Source of the DNA: an uncultured Chroococcidiopsis sp.
GTDB taxonomy: Bacteria > Cyanobacteriota > Cyanobacteriia > Cyanobacteriales > Chroococcidiopsidaceae
Direction: 5' to 3'
Length of the DNA: 64,000 nt
Assembly: GCA_964248365.1 (NCBI GenBank)
Contig: CAXTYC010000010.1
Location: 73,303-137,302 of the forward strand
The notes under the pieces were generated by a model. It did not search any database, was not told the DNA's origin, and saw only the letters and a list, made by a program, of their open reading frames with translations. The position numbers were made by a program, and so were the translations under genes. Position 1 is the stretch's first letter. Every line of letters starts with the position of its first letter. Below, one piece after another: positions 1 through 11,246 of this stretch.

Positions 1-2719
1 GGGACAAGTGAAAGGTAGGTATAATGTGTCCTTGCCAGTGCAAAAACCGCTTACCAGCAGACTGCTTGATTTGATCGGGTTGAGGAATCAAAATTTCTAC
101 AATGCTGTCAGAAGGAAAGGCAAAAGCACTAGAGCCGACAAAGCAAACCAGTAACTTAGCAATCGATAAAGTCAGGGGAATGCGTAAAGTAAATACAGTG
201 CCTTCTCCTGGTTCAGAAGTGATGGTAACGCTACCCTTAAGCGATCGCAATTGATCGCGCACTACATCTAGTCCCACTCCCCGTCCAGACAGTTGACTAA
301 CTTGACTTGCTGTAGAAAATCCAGGCTCAAATAGAAATTCGAGTAGGCGCGACGGTTCGGCGGTGTCTGCTTGTTCAGGTGTCAATAGTCCCATCTTTAC
401 AGCCTTAGCGCTAATACGCTCCAGGTTGACACCTCGACCATTATCTCGCACCTCAATGATCGTTTGACTGCCCTGGTGATAGGCACAAATTTCAATTATG
501 CCTTGCTCTGATTTGCCTTGTTTAAGACGATCTTCCGGCGTTTCAATTCCATGATCGAAGGCATTACGGACTAAATGCACCAAAGGATCGTTGAGCTTTT
601 CCAATACTGCCTTATCTACTAAAACCCCCGTACCACTGAGTTTAAGTTCAACTTGCTTTTGATACGACATAGACAAGTCGCGCAACATTCGTGGAAAGCG
701 GTTAAGAATTTCACTCAAAGGCAGCATTCTTGCCCACATCAAGTCATCTCGCAAGTGACCAAGCATTTGGCGTTGTCTTTCTAGTGTCTGACTTGACTGT
801 CCGGCGAGTAAGACAACGTCAACTACGGTTTCTTCGAGTTGCGCCATTTCTTCCAAGGTTGTTTGTACTATGGAGTGTAATTCTCCATAGCTATCCATTT
901 CCAGGGAGTCAAAGTTAGTTTGACCCCATGCGATCGCTTCTGTAGGTGAGCTTGATACTACATTGTAGATATTCTGTTCTGTTTGACTGTTTGTTGGCGC
1001 TAATTGGCGATGTTTATAGCTTTCTGGATTTACTACTATTTGATCGGAAAATTCACGCAACATTTGACCAATTTGCTGAAATTTGCCAAATTTACGCAAT
1101 AACTCCTGAATAAATGCTTGTAACTGTTCGTTTTGCAGGGCAAGGCTATTGCGGTTAATTGCCAATTCGCCGATCAAATTATTCATCCGTTCTAGCCGTT
1201 CTAAGTCAACTCGGACGGAAAGCCCAGCGGTAGAAGTCTTAGGAGCCGAACTAGCTTCGGGTTTTGAACTTGTGGTGTTCGTTTTATTATTAGTTGGAGC
1301 AGAGACTAGGTCAGCCTTGGGTTGCACACTAGGCAAATGAGGAATTGCAGGAACTATAGCAGACTTAGAATCAGCTGGAGTAGTAATATCGTTTATGGGC
1401 GGTAAGTTATTAAATACCTGCTCGATTGATTGAAATGCTGAGGAATTATTTTGGCTATTATTTGGTGATAAGGAAGAATCGGCTGGAGTAGCTGAACCAG
1501 GATTTGCAGCTGTAGGCTCGTGGGAGAAGTTAAAGCTGCCAAAGACATCATCTAAAGAAGGAATAGAGCTAATTGCTTCATCATTAATCGGAGCAGCAGA
1601 GGTATTCGGCTCGGTTGAAACTGATTCTATTACCTGGGCGTTAAGTATTTGTGGCTCCAGATCTGAAAAGACATTAGCTAGATCTAGCGGTACTGTTGTC
1701 GCTGGCTGGGGTGCGATCGCACTCGTTAGAAACGTGCTAGGATCATTATCACTAATTGGCTGGGTCGAACTAAAGACACCAAAAATATCATCTAGCGAGG
1801 GAAGAGTAGAAGCTTCGGCAGTAACAGAATTATCGTTTGGTGGTTCTGTAAATGTGGGTAATTCATCAAATGTTCCTAAAGAGCCAAAGACATCGTCTAG
1901 GGATGTGAGAACATTAGCTTCCAGTCTTGGTGTTGATGCTATTGCTAATTGTGCAAGATCGGTCGAGGTAGTACCGCCACTTGTGCGATCCCCAGCCATC
2001 ACAGCTTGTCTACCAGCCTCAAAATCAGCTAAAGCTAGTTGTGTAATTTGCAAAGCTTGCTCTGGATGAGCCTCAAGTGCTGCTAAGGCTGACTGCGCGA
2101 TCGCGCCAAATCCAGGCAAGTTCAACATCTCAGCGATGCCAGTAAAAACCTCTACTTGCGCCCGCAATTCTCCGGCTATTTCCTTGCCTTGTGGCTGGGC
2201 TAAAACAGCTTCAAGCCGTTTTAGTCCCTGAGCGACATCTACCTCAAAGATAGACAATGCAATATCTACCCCCAAGTCAATTGAGCTAGGAAGGGAATCC
2301 GCCCCCTTGAGAAATTCTCCGATTTGGGCTTCTATCTGAGCAAACACAGGTTCTGCTGCTGTCATTGCCCGATCTGTATCGAATTGACCAGTATCGATCT
2401 GCTCCATCAAAGGGATACGGAGACAGTCGTAAGCTGCCAGCAACAAGCCTTCTACCGAGTCATCAATTTCGAGTTCTTCGTTATGAAGCCCCTTAAAAAT
2501 ATCTTCTAGGCTGTGAGCTAGAGTTTTAATCGTTTCTAGCCCAACACTAGCTGCTCCTCCCTTAATTGAGTGGGCAGCTCGCATCATGTTATGAACTTTG
2601 GCTGTACTGCGCTCTGTTTTTAGCGTCAGTAACTCTTCTTCAATTAGCTGTAGTAGCTCTGGGGCTTCTTGGATGAAGAACTGATAAGCTTGGTCGCGTA
2701 TATCAGAGTCAATTGCCAT
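1..2719 (-). CDS. pixL: CheA-like phototaxis/chemotaxis histidine kinase (PixL/TaxAY type): Hpt, long linker, dimerisation, HATPase, start of CheW domain; 3' end lies outside the window
   Basis: Not in the ORF track because it has no stop in the window. Manual translation from ATG at 2719 gives MAIDSDIRDQAYQFFIQEAPELL...MRAAHSIKGGAASVG (Hpt His); later HLVRNAFDHGIE, DNGRG and SGRGVGLDVV CheA boxes. Last visible gene of the PatA-CheY-CheW-MCP operon. Confidence 0.9.
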   Translation of the reverse strand, partial: MAIDSDIRDQAYQFFIQEAPELLQLIEEELLTLKTERSTAKVHNMMRAAHSIKGGAASVGLETIKTLAHSLEDIFKGLHNEELEIDDSVEGLLLAAYDCLRIPLMEQIDTGQFDTDRAMTAAEPVFAQIEAQIGEFLKGADSLPSSIDLGVDIALSIFEVDVAQGLKRLEAVLAQPQGKEIAGELRAQVEVFTGIAEMLNLPGFGAIAQSALAALEAHPEQALQITQLALADFEAGRQAVMAGDRTSGGTTSTDLAQLAIASTPRLEANVLTSLDDVFGSLGTFDELPTFTEPPNDNSVTAEASTLPSLDDIFGVFSSTQPISDNDPSTFLTSAIAPQPATTVPLDLANVFSDLEPQILNAQVIESVSTEPNTSAAPINDEAISSIPSLDDVFGSFNFSHEPTAANPGSATPADSSLSPNNSQNNSSAFQSIEQVFNNLPPINDITTPADSKSAIVPAIPHLPSVQPKADLVSAPTNNKTNTTSSKPEASSAPKTSTAGLSVRVDLERLERMNNLIGELAINRNSLALQNEQLQAFIQELLRKFGKFQQIGQMLREFSDQIVVNPESYKHRQLAPTNSQTEQNIYNVVSSSPTEAIAWGQTNFDSLEMDSYGELHSIVQTTLEEMAQLEETVVDVVLLAGQSSQTLERQRQMLGHLRDDLMWARMLPLSEILNRFPRMLRDLSMSYQKQVELKLSGTGVLVDKAVLEKLNDPLVHLVRNAFDHGIETPEDRLKQGKSEQGIIEICAYHQGSQTIIEVRDNGRGVNLERISAKAVKMGLLTPEQADTAEPSRLLEFLFEPGFSTASQVSQLSGRGVGLDVVRDQLRSLKGSVTITSEPGEGTVFTLRIPLTLSIAKLLVCFVGSSAFAFPSDSIVEILIPQPDQIKQSAGKRFLHWQGHIIPTFHLS

Positions 2720-2746
2720 ATTTGTAGAAAGGGAGTAGTTCGTTTT

Positions 2747-2931
2747 GGAGTAGGGAGCAGAGGGGCAGGGGGGCAGGGGGGACTCCGAGTCCCCGGTTCC
2801 GAAGGAACTGGGGATAGGGGGGCTTCGGGGTCATTCGCGTAGTGGGGTTGGGGGGAAGAGGGGAAATTAACTTTTCCCTTTACCCTTTTCCCTTTTCCCT
2901 TCCTCTAGCCTCTAGCCCCTAACCCCTAGCG
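2747..2931. repeat. STRR-like short tandem repeats: G-rich tract followed by complementary C/T-rich tract
   Basis: gcagaggg/gcaggggg units, then cccttt/ctagccc/ctaaccc units, between the MCP and CheA genes. Confidence 0.8.
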
Positions 2932-2936
2932 CTTAA

Positions 2937-5900
2937 CTAATTAACTTTGAATTGACTAGCACTAGTTTGCAGTTCTTGCGCCAGTGCTAGCAGTTCCTTA
3001 AATGAGGCTGAAACGATTGTTGCATCGTTTGAGGTTTGACTAGCACTTGCTGCTACATCAGTCATAGCAACAGTCACAACTTGTGAAACTTGTGATTGCG
3101 CTGCTGCTGCTTGGCCGATCGCTGCCACTGATTCACTAATTTGTTGGCTAACAAAGGTAATTTTATTCAGATTCTGACGAGTCTCATCTACTAATTTTGT
3201 TCCAACAACTACTTGCTCTTTACCAGCTTCCATCGCTGCCACCACTTCGTTGGTTTCTTTTTGAATGTTTGCGATCAAATTTTCGATTTCTGCTGTTGCT
3301 TCGGCTGATTGACGGGCAAGAGTTCGCACTTCGTCGGCTAATACAGCAAATCCTCGCCCTTCATCCCCAGCACGAGCTGCTTCAATCGAAGCTTTCAATG
3401 CTAGCAAGTTGGTTTGAGCTGCAAATCTGCCGATCAAGCTCACCACTTTAGAAATCTTTTGTGAAGATTCACCCAATTGCTTGACTTTTTTCGATGTTTC
3501 TGTTATACTTTCCCGAATTGCCATAATTCCATCAACGGTGCGGTTCATTGCCGCATCCCCAGCTGCTACTGTCGTAGTTGCCTCCTGGACGGCTGCTTCT
3601 GCTATGGCAGCACTTTGCGTCACTGCGCGAATCGAAAGAGACATTTCTTGAATTCGATCTAGTGTTGATGCAATTTCTTCGGCTTGCCGTAGTGCTTCAA
3701 TAGACAGTTCTTGTACTGCACCTTCGTTGCTGGTGGTGGTGGATGTGACTTGTTGTGCCGCTGCTTGCACTTGGCTGACAATATTGCGTAAGTTGTTAAT
3801 CGTGGCGTTGTAGGAGTCAGCGATCGTACCAATTTCATCTTCAGTCACGCTGGCACGGATAGTAAGGTCGCCTTTATTAACAGGGTCAACTTCCATCAGC
3901 AATTCCAAGGCGCGACGCTGGAGTAGTTCTTTGGCACTCTTTTGCTGTTCGAGTAGGTGGAAGCGATCTAAAGCAAGTCCCACTTGCGTGGCAAGCTGGG
4001 CAAATAAATCAATTTCTGCCTGTTGCCATGCTCTTGGTGCAGAACACTGATGGGCGATCAATAAGCCTAGTAGCTTTCCTGCTTGCAAAATTGGTGCTAC
4101 TAAATTGGCTTTAACCTCAAATGGTTCAAGTTGTTTGATGTGACACGGGGTTAGACCTGCTTTGTAAATATTCTCAGTAGCCCCGATGCGACCTGCGCGA
4201 TACTTTTCTACATATCTATCAGCAAAACAGGGATCGGCAATTTTGGCTCCTAAAGCGCGAGGGAAACCACTGGCAACAGATTCAGCAATTACAGTGCCTT
4301 GCCAATTTTCATCAAAGCTGTAAACGACGACGCGATCGCTATTAATTGCTTTTCGGATTTGGGAGACAGCAGTATCAAAAATTTCTTTGGGTTGTGCTGT
4401 TTGCGCCAGATGTACAGTAATATCTTTAATCATCTGTGCGCGCTTGGCTTCTGTTTGCTGCTGTTCTAGTAAGCTCTCTCGGTCTAAAATCAGTCCCAGT
4501 TGACTTGCTAACTGTCGCAGAAAATCGATTTCTGACTGCTGCCACTCATGGGGTGCATTGCAGTGATGGGCAATTAGCAAACCATAAAGTTGGTCGTTTT
4601 TTACAATTGGTGTTACCAAATTGGCTTTGATTTGCAGTCGTTCCATTAACTTTTGATGCTCAGGGTGGAAACCCGCACTCATCACATTATTTGTAGGAAC
4701 GACACGACCTTTTCTGTATGCTTGTATGAGATCATCTCCAATACAAGAGTCTTCAATTTTGTCATTCAGAGCGCTCCGCCAACCAGGTAGCACAGATTCA
4801 TTGGCAATGTAGCCGCTCCAGTCTAGGTTGAAGCGATAGATGACTACTCGCTCTACCTTTAGGAGTTCTCTAGCTCCTGTAAGTGCTTTGTTGAAAACAG
4901 ATTCCAAGCCTTGAGAGTCATTTGTACCGGAATTGCCAATATCAGCAAAGAATCTAGCTCGTTCTGCTTCGAGTTGACGGGCTTCCAGGTTAGCCTCAAT
5001 ATTAGCCGCCATCTGATTCAATTCTTGGGAAAGAATGCCAATTTCGTCATGACTGTGGGTGGTTTCTAGTCTAATACCTTCTTCTCCGACTCCGACAGCT
5101 TGAGCAAAACTAGCTAAACGTTTCAATGGGCGAGAAAATGAGCCAGCAATTGGAATACCAACTAGACCAACCAACAGCAATATACCTCCCCCAATGCCAT
5201 AAGCTGTGAGTTGCTGATTTCTTAAGCTAGTATCTACTTCCTTGAGAGACTGACCGATATAGGCTATGCCTACAGGCTTTGCTTGGTCAGGATTGAGTTC
5301 CTTTTGATGGTCATACAAGGGGCTATAGAATGTTAGATACGGCTGACCTATAATATTTGTTTGACCGCTAAACTCTTGCCCCTGATTGAGGACTTTCTCT
5401 GCTACCTCTCTGGCAACCCGCGTTCCCACCGCCCTAGTTTTACCGTCTGTGTAGGGAACATTCGTAGCTACCCGCCAGTCGTGAGCAAATACAGTCGCAC
5501 TAGGTAGTTTGTAATTTTGCGAAAATTTGTCCACTAAGACGTAGTTGCGGTTTTGCACTGCCCCTACGATGACAGTTCCCACTAGCTTATTGTTGATTTT
5601 GATTGGATAAACAGCCATAGCGACCAAGCCTACTTTTCCTCGGTCAGTGTCGTAAGTTCCTTCGGGGAAGGGTTGCTTGGATTGAGGTAAGTCCTTAGTA
5701 GGTTGTGGTCGCAAACCGATATCTGCCTGTTTCTCTAACCCTAAACGTTGGAGTGATTCTTTTTTCAGCAACTCCATACCAGCTAAAGGGCGTTGAGTTT
5801 TTAATGTGTCTTTCACAATTGGAATATCTGCTAAGTTAATCCCTACTGGTAAAGATACTGGGCGATATTTTGGCTCGGTTAATTCTTGGTTATTCTCGGC

Positions 5901-6455
5901 TGGTAGAGGTGGATTACTAGAAAAATCCTCTGCCAGAATTTGAATATCCTGAGCAACTGTTCTACCCTGAGCATCAGTGAAAATTTGAAAGTTTTTGTTG
6001 CTCTGAGGCTCTCCACCATTTTGGATTGCGAGGAAATTTTGTAAAAAGGCACGACGGGCAGATACTTCACTAGGATTACTCAAATCGATTTTAGTAACTT
6101 CTATTAGCTTAGCCAGGTTCTTTGCTTGTGATTGATTTTCTACTTGTGTCCCAAGAACATACTCTTTTTTAAAGGCTGTCCCGTCCTTTTGTAGAGATTC
6201 TTTTAATGTTTTCAACTGATAGTCTTTATTAAGAGTAACTAACCCTTGGGTAACAGCAATCGTAGGCAGGGCAGCACTAATCATTAAAATAAGAGTGAGT
6301 TTAGTACGAAAGTTTAGGTGATTCCAAGGTTGAGTCAGGGACTGTAAAAAAGAAGAAGGCTTACTGGGTTTTTGTTGTGGTGGTAACTTTGATTCTGGTA
6401 ATTTTGGATCTGAATTTGATACTTGGATAGGTTTTTTGATCGGATAATCTAACAT
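2937..6455 (-). CDS. pixJ: Photoreceptor methyl-accepting protein (PixJ-like): TM, Cache-like periplasmic domain, TM, HAMP, 2x cyanobacteriochrome GAF, HAMP, MCP signalling domain
   Basis: GAF2 has DPCF and TPCH (dual-Cys DXCF type). MCP tip [34 protein letters not shown] at 6455 (MLDYP) preferred over the GTG at 6479. Confidence 0.88.
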   Translation of the reverse strand: MLDYPIKKPIQVSNSDPKLPESKLPPQQKPSKPSSFLQSLTQPWNHLNFRTKLTLILMISAALPTIAVTQGLVTLNKDYQLKTLKESLQKDGTAFKKEYVLGTQVENQSQAKNLAKLIEVTKIDLSNPSEVSARRAFLQNFLAIQNGGEPQSNKNFQIFTDAQGRTVAQDIQILAEDFSSNPPLPAENNQELTEPKYRPVSLPVGINLADIPIVKDTLKTQRPLAGMELLKKESLQRLGLEKQADIGLRPQPTKDLPQSKQPFPEGTYDTDRGKVGLVAMAVYPIKINNKLVGTVIVGAVQNRNYVLVDKFSQNYKLPSATVFAHDWRVATNVPYTDGKTRAVGTRVAREVAEKVLNQGQEFSGQTNIIGQPYLTFYSPLYDHQKELNPDQAKPVGIAYIGQSLKEVDTSLRNQQLTAYGIGGGILLLVGLVGIPIAGSFSRPLKRLASFAQAVGVGEEGIRLETTHSHDEIGILSQELNQMAANIEANLEARQLEAERARFFADIGNSGTNDSQGLESVFNKALTGARELLKVERVVIYRFNLDWSGYIANESVLPGWRSALNDKIEDSCIGDDLIQAYRKGRVVPTNNVMSAGFHPEHQKLMERLQIKANLVTPIVKNDQLYGLLIAHHCNAPHEWQQSEIDFLRQLASQLGLILDRESLLEQQQTEAKRAQMIKDITVHLAQTAQPKEIFDTAVSQIRKAINSDRVVVYSFDENWQGTVIAESVASGFPRALGAKIADPCFADRYVEKYRAGRIGATENIYKAGLTPCHIKQLEPFEVKANLVAPILQAGKLLGLLIAHQCSAPRAWQQAEIDLFAQLATQVGLALDRFHLLEQQKSAKELLQRRALELLMEVDPVNKGDLTIRASVTEDEIGTIADSYNATINNLRNIVSQVQAAAQQVTSTTTSNEGAVQELSIEALRQAEEIASTLDRIQEMSLSIRAVTQSAAIAEAAVQEATTTVAAGDAAMNRTVDGIMAIRESITETSKKVKQLGESSQKISKVVSLIGRFAAQTNLLALKASIEAARAGDEGRGFAVLADEVRTLARQSAEATAEIENLIANIQKETNEVVAAMEAGKEQVVVGTKLVDETRQNLNKITFVSQQISESVAAIGQAAAAQSQVSQVVTVAMTDVAASASQTSNDATIVSASFKELLALAQELQTSASQFKVN

Positions 6456-6501
6456 GGCGGTTACTCTAAAACTTTTCACTTCAAAGCGGGAACTTGTCTT
6501 G

Positions 6502-6664
6502 TAGGGGCTGGGGGCTAGGGGCTAGGGACTAGGGGAGGACAAGGGGACAAGGGGACAAGGGGGAGATGGACAAGATAAAGAATTCACTATTGTGACTACT
6601 GACTACTGACTACTGACTCCTTTTCCCTTTTCCCTTCTAACCTTTAGCCCCTAGCCTCTAACCC
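6502..6664. repeat. STRR heptamer tandem repeats (ggggcta, ggacaag, tgactac, ccctag units)
   Basis: Visible tandem heptamers between the two MCP genes. Confidence 0.85.
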
Positions 6665-9600
6665 CTAACTAACTTTGAATTGACTGGCGCTAGTTTGCAG
6701 TTCTTGCGCCAGTGCTAGCAGTTCCTTAAATGAGGCTGAAACGACTGTCGCTTCGTTGGAAGTTTGATTTGCGATCGCCGCTACATCAGTCATCGTAGTC
6801 GTCACCATCTGTGAAGCTTGCGATTGTGCACTCGCCGCCGTTGCGATCGCACCTACTAATTCACTAATCTGTTGACTGACTGAGGTAATTTTGAGCAAAT
6901 TCTGGCGCGTTTCATGCACTAGTACGGTTCCCGTCACCACCTGTTCTGTACCAGCTTCCATCGCCGCTACTACTTCGTTGGTTTCTTGTTGAATATCCTT
7001 CACTAGACTTTCAATTTCGGCTGTAGCTTCTGCTGATTGACGGGCTAGTGTTCGCACTTCGTCAGCAACGACAGCAAAACCGCGTCCTTGTTCTCCAGCA
7101 TGAGCAGCTTCAATCGAAGCATTCAGCGCTAGCAAGTTGGTTTGGTCGGCAAATGTACCAATCAGGTTCACCACTTTGGAAATCTTTTGCGAAGATTCGC
7201 CCAAACGCTTGACTTTTTTCGATGTTTCTGCTACTGTTTTGCGAATTGCCATCATTCCATCTACAGTGCGGTTCATGGCTGCATCCCCTGCTGCTACTGT
7301 TTGCGTAGCTTCTTGTACCGCGGCTTCTGCTTGCTGGGCGCTTTGGGTTACTGCGCGAATCGAATTCGACATTTCTTGAATTTGATCTAAGGCGGCTCTA
7401 ATTTCTTCGGTTTGCCGCAGTGCTTCTTTAGAAAGTTCTTGGACTGCACCTTCGCTGCTAGTGGTGGTTGATGCTACTTGTTTTGCCGCTGCTTGCACTT
7501 GGGTAACAATTTTCCGCAAACTGTTAATTGTGGCGTTGTAAGAGTCTGCGATCGTACCAATTTCATCTTCTGTCACATTGGCACGGATGGTGAGGTCGCC
7601 TCTACTAATTGGGTCAACTTCCATCAGCAGTTCTAAAGCGCGGCGTTGGAGTATTTCTTTAGCACTCTTTTGCTGTTCCAGCAGCATGGCGCGCTCAAGG
7701 GCAAGTCCCACTTGTGTCGCCACCTGGGAAAACATATTAATGTCCTCTTGCAGCCAAGTCCTTGGTGCATTACACTGATGGGCAATCAATAAGCCCAAAA
7801 GTTTCCCGTTGCGCATAATCGGGGCGACTAAGTTTGCTTTAACCGCAAATTGTTCGAGTTGGGCAATGTGACAATCAGTTAAACCAGCATCATAGATGTT
7901 TTCGGTAGCTTGGACACGACCTTGAGTATATTTTTCTACATACCTATCGGCAAAACAGGGGTCATCAATTTGCGCTCCCAGTGCTTTGGGAAAACCACTG
8001 GCAACGGATTCAGCAATTACTGTACCTTTCCACTTGTCATTGAAACCATAAACGACGACGCGATCGCTTTTAATCGCCCCGCGAATTTCAGCAACAGCAG
8101 TATCTAAAATTTCTTGTGCCTGAATACCTTGCGCTAGTTTGAGGGTGATATCTTTAATTTGTGAGGCACGTTCAGCGGTAGCTTGTTTTTGTTCTAAGAA
8201 AGATAAGCGGTTTAAGATAATACCCAGCAAAGCTGCCAGCTGGGTGAGAAAGTTAATTTCCCCTTGCTGCCACTCATGAGTTTCTGCACAATGATGGGCA
8301 ATTAGCAAGCCAAATAATTGGTTATTTTTGAGAATTGGTGTTACCAAATTGGCTTTGATTTGCAGTCGTTCCATCAAGTTTTGGTGTTCAGGGTGAAAAC
8401 CCGCACTCATCACGTTGTTGGTGGGAACGACACGACCTTTTCTATAAGCTTCTATCAGGTGTTTACTAATACAAGGATCGTTGATTTTGTCATTCAGAGC
8501 GCTCCGCCAACTAGGTAGCACAGATTCAGCCGCGATGTAGCCACTCCAGTCAGGGTTGAAGCGATATACGACTACTCGATCTGCTTTGAGGAGTTCTCTA
8601 GCTCCTCGTACTGCCTTATTGAAAACAGACTCTAGTTCTTGAGATTGCTGATCCTTTGCTGAAGCGATAGCAGAAAGGAAGTTTGCCTGTTCAGTTTGGA
8701 GTGCTTGGCTGCTGACGAGGTTCTGCAACTGAATTGCCATCTGGTTAATGTTTGACCCCAGAATTGCCAGTTCGTCTTTACCTGCTACAGCAATGCGGGT
8801 ATCAAGTTCGCCTTGACCTAATTTTTCCACCGCATCAGCAGCAGCTAGGATGGGACGAGTGGCTCGGTTTGCTAGGTAAGCAGCTACAGCACTTACTACT
8901 AATGCTGCTATTCCAGTTCCAATTGCCAAAGTCAGCAGCAGTTGTCTCTGTGGTTCAAATACAACGAGTGTGTCTGCGCTAAGAATTACATCCCAGTTTA
9001 GATCTGGTAAACCTTCTAGTTTTTCAAAAGGCGCGAAGGTTATTAACTGTTGATGATTGCTACTTTTTTCTATTCCTATTACCGAATCTACCTTATTTCC
9101 TTGTTCCAGTTGCTCAAAATTGGGTAAATGTTTCTTAGCTTCTTTACCTATGTCATCTTTTTCCGTAGCTGCTAAAACTTTCTTAGACTCGTCGATCAGA
9201 TAGTATTGGTTGTCATTGGTCTTGAACGATCGTAGTAGCTGTTCAAAGGCTTTTATAGGCATACGCGCTCGCGCTATGGCAATCGTTTTACCAGTAATAG
9301 GATCTTTAACAGGTGCGGCGAAGAAAATGCAGACATCTTTTGTCAGTACTGAAACTTCTTCGGTAATTACAGGACGACCAGTTTTAAGCACTTGCGAAAA
9401 ATAATTTTGCTCTTTAAGTTTGCCATTGGGAATAGGCTTCCCTTGGGACTGAGCAATTACGTTGCCATCGAGATCGAGAACGGCAATGCTTTCATAGACA
9501 CTGTAAGCTTGTATAACGCGGTCTAGGATTGCTTGTTTTTCCTGAACGGATGTTATCGCCGCTAATTTAGGATCGCGGAACACTGAGTAGTTAGCCACTA

Positions 9601-10054
9601 CCTGAATATTTCCAAACCGCTCAAACATAATGCGGTTAACTAGATTTGCTATTTGAGCGGCACGCTCTTGTTGTACTTGTTTAATTTGCTTAACAACCGC
9701 TTGGTTGGCAAAGTAATAAGCTGTTGCCCCGACCGCTACCACTGGGATTGTACCAATAGCGATCGCGGCAAGCATTGCCTTTGTTCTTAAGCGCATCCCT
9801 CCCCAAAAGGATGACTGTTTGATCGCTGGAGATGAATGCAGTGCTGATTCGTCGTGTCGATAAGAGCCTAGTATTGTAGTTGGTTTTTCTAGCTGTGGCG
9901 ATAAGAGCGTTGATTGTGGTGTTTGAGTATCAGATAATTCATCCCCTTCGGAAGTAGAGCTAGTAGAATGACCGTTGGGAGCATTTGTATATTGTTTAGT
10001 ATTAGAGTCATTCATATTGTTATGACCGGAAGATTTGGGAGATATTTGAGTCAT
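6665..10054 (-). CDS. pixJ: Photoreceptor methyl-accepting protein (PixJ-like paralog): TM, dCache, TM, HAMP, 2x GAF, HAMP, MCP
   Basis: GAF2 DPCF...LTDCH; MCP tip [31 protein letters not shown]; follows cheW. Confidence 0.88.
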   Translation of the reverse strand: MTQISPKSSGHNNMNDSNTKQYTNAPNGHSTSSTSEGDELSDTQTPQSTLLSPQLEKPTTILGSYRHDESALHSSPAIKQSSFWGGMRLRTKAMLAAIAIGTIPVVAVGATAYYFANQAVVKQIKQVQQERAAQIANLVNRIMFERFGNIQVVANYSVFRDPKLAAITSVQEKQAILDRVIQAYSVYESIAVLDLDGNVIAQSQGKPIPNGKLKEQNYFSQVLKTGRPVITEEVSVLTKDVCIFFAAPVKDPITGKTIAIARARMPIKAFEQLLRSFKTNDNQYYLIDESKKVLAATEKDDIGKEAKKHLPNFEQLEQGNKVDSVIGIEKSSNHQQLITFAPFEKLEGLPDLNWDVILSADTLVVFEPQRQLLLTLAIGTGIAALVVSAVAAYLANRATRPILAAADAVEKLGQGELDTRIAVAGKDELAILGSNINQMAIQLQNLVSSQALQTEQANFLSAIASAKDQQSQELESVFNKAVRGARELLKADRVVVYRFNPDWSGYIAAESVLPSWRSALNDKINDPCISKHLIEAYRKGRVVPTNNVMSAGFHPEHQNLMERLQIKANLVTPILKNNQLFGLLIAHHCAETHEWQQGEINFLTQLAALLGIILNRLSFLEQKQATAERASQIKDITLKLAQGIQAQEILDTAVAEIRGAIKSDRVVVYGFNDKWKGTVIAESVASGFPKALGAQIDDPCFADRYVEKYTQGRVQATENIYDAGLTDCHIAQLEQFAVKANLVAPIMRNGKLLGLLIAHQCNAPRTWLQEDINMFSQVATQVGLALERAMLLEQQKSAKEILQRRALELLMEVDPISRGDLTIRANVTEDEIGTIADSYNATINSLRKIVTQVQAAAKQVASTTTSSEGAVQELSKEALRQTEEIRAALDQIQEMSNSIRAVTQSAQQAEAAVQEATQTVAAGDAAMNRTVDGMMAIRKTVAETSKKVKRLGESSQKISKVVNLIGTFADQTNLLALNASIEAAHAGEQGRGFAVVADEVRTLARQSAEATAEIESLVKDIQQETNEVVAAMEAGTEQVVTGTVLVHETRQNLLKITSVSQQISELVGAIATAASAQSQASQMVTTTMTDVAAIANQTSNEATVVSASFKELLALAQELQTSASQFKVS

Positions 10055-10135
10055 AGGAGAAAGAGTGATAGCTAGTTGTTTGGGAGTTACTTAGGCACTA
10101 TGAATAAAAATGGCTAAGAAAAAAGAAATCTTTAA

Positions 10136-10705
10136 TCAATTTTTAGGCTGAGGCATACCAGCAATGATGGAATTACCATCCAAAACCACTAAGATTTCGC
10201 CGTTGGATTTCAGCCAATATCCACGTAAAAAAGGCACTAACTGGGGAGTGACAGCAGACAGCGGCGGCGATTGAATTTCATCAGGATTGCACCATTCCAT
10301 GTCTTCTAATCGATTGACCAATAGCCCTAGAGTTTTTCTACCTGTTTTTTGGCTACTTTGGTTTTTGTCTGAAGCCTGCCCAGTGCTATGAATTACAACT
10401 GCCGTATAATTTGAGCGGCTAGTTGCCTGTTGGTGCAAAGGGGTAAGTCCGATCAAGTGACCTAGATCTACTATCCATAGAATTTCACCCCGCCAGTTAT
10501 ACACACCCATCACCTCTGCTGGCATCTGCGGAATTGGCACAACAGAGGCAATAGGTATAGTTAGCACTTCTGTCATCTGTTGCACTGGTAACATGGCAGC
10601 AGTATCAGGTAGTAGGTGAATTCGCAAAAATTGCTGTCCAACCTGCGCTGTTTGTGCTGCACTTAACGGTCCTGCTGCTGTACCCCTGGTCAAAAACTCC
10701 AACAT
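10136..10705 (-). CDS. pixI: CheW-like coupling protein (PixI type)
   Basis: VVPIPQMPAEVMGVYNWRGEILWIVDLG CheW signature; operon position. Confidence 0.88.
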   Translation of the reverse strand: MLEFLTRGTAAGPLSAAQTAQVGQQFLRIHLLPDTAAMLPVQQMTEVLTIPIASVVPIPQMPAEVMGVYNWRGEILWIVDLGHLIGLTPLHQQATSRSNYTAVVIHSTGQASDKNQSSQKTGRKTLGLLVNRLEDMEWCNPDEIQSPPLSAVTPQLVPFLRGYWLKSNGEILVVLDGNSIIAGMPQPKN

Positions 10706-10768
10706 GATCGCGGATCTCCTAATGCTGCTGGGGAGCGAATGCGATCGCGCACACGCTGCCCTCGTGGC

Positions 10769-11134
10769 TTAATTTTTAATTAGTTGCTTAACTGTTTGCA
10801 GTAGTGTTTCTTGATCGATTGGCTTGGTAATATAGGCATCTGCTCCTTGTTTCATGCCCCAAAATTTATCCATTTCACTGCCTTTTGTTGAGCAAAGCAC
10901 GACTGGAATTTTGCTTGTTTCTGCTTCAGCTTTGAAATCGCGGCATAGTTCAAATCCACTTCGACCAGGTAGTACAATATCCAAAATGATTACATCTGGT
11001 TTTTGGCTACTAATTTTGGCACGGGCTTCTTCTCCGTTATTGGCTGTCTGAACACTTAAACCACCACGTTGTAAGCAGCTAGCGATTACTTGCATCTCGG
11101 TTGTCGAATCGTCAATAACTAAAACTGTACTCAT
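10769..11134 (-). CDS. pixH: Single-domain CheY-like response regulator (PixH type)
   Basis: VLVIDD, ILDIVLP, GADAYITKP receiver motifs; 121 aa. Confidence 0.88.
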   Translation of the reverse strand: MSTVLVIDDSTTEMQVIASCLQRGGLSVQTANNGEEARAKISSQKPDVIILDIVLPGRSGFELCRDFKAEAETSKIPVVLCSTKGSEMDKFWGMKQGADAYITKPIDQETLLQTVKQLIKN

Positions 11135-11246
11135 GACATTAACCTCAAAAAAATAGAAATTGGCTAGGATAGGCTATGACTCAAAGGAGTCAAAATTCAC
11201 CGCGGCGATAGATAAAACAGCTACACTAAACAAGACGTTTTGTGGA

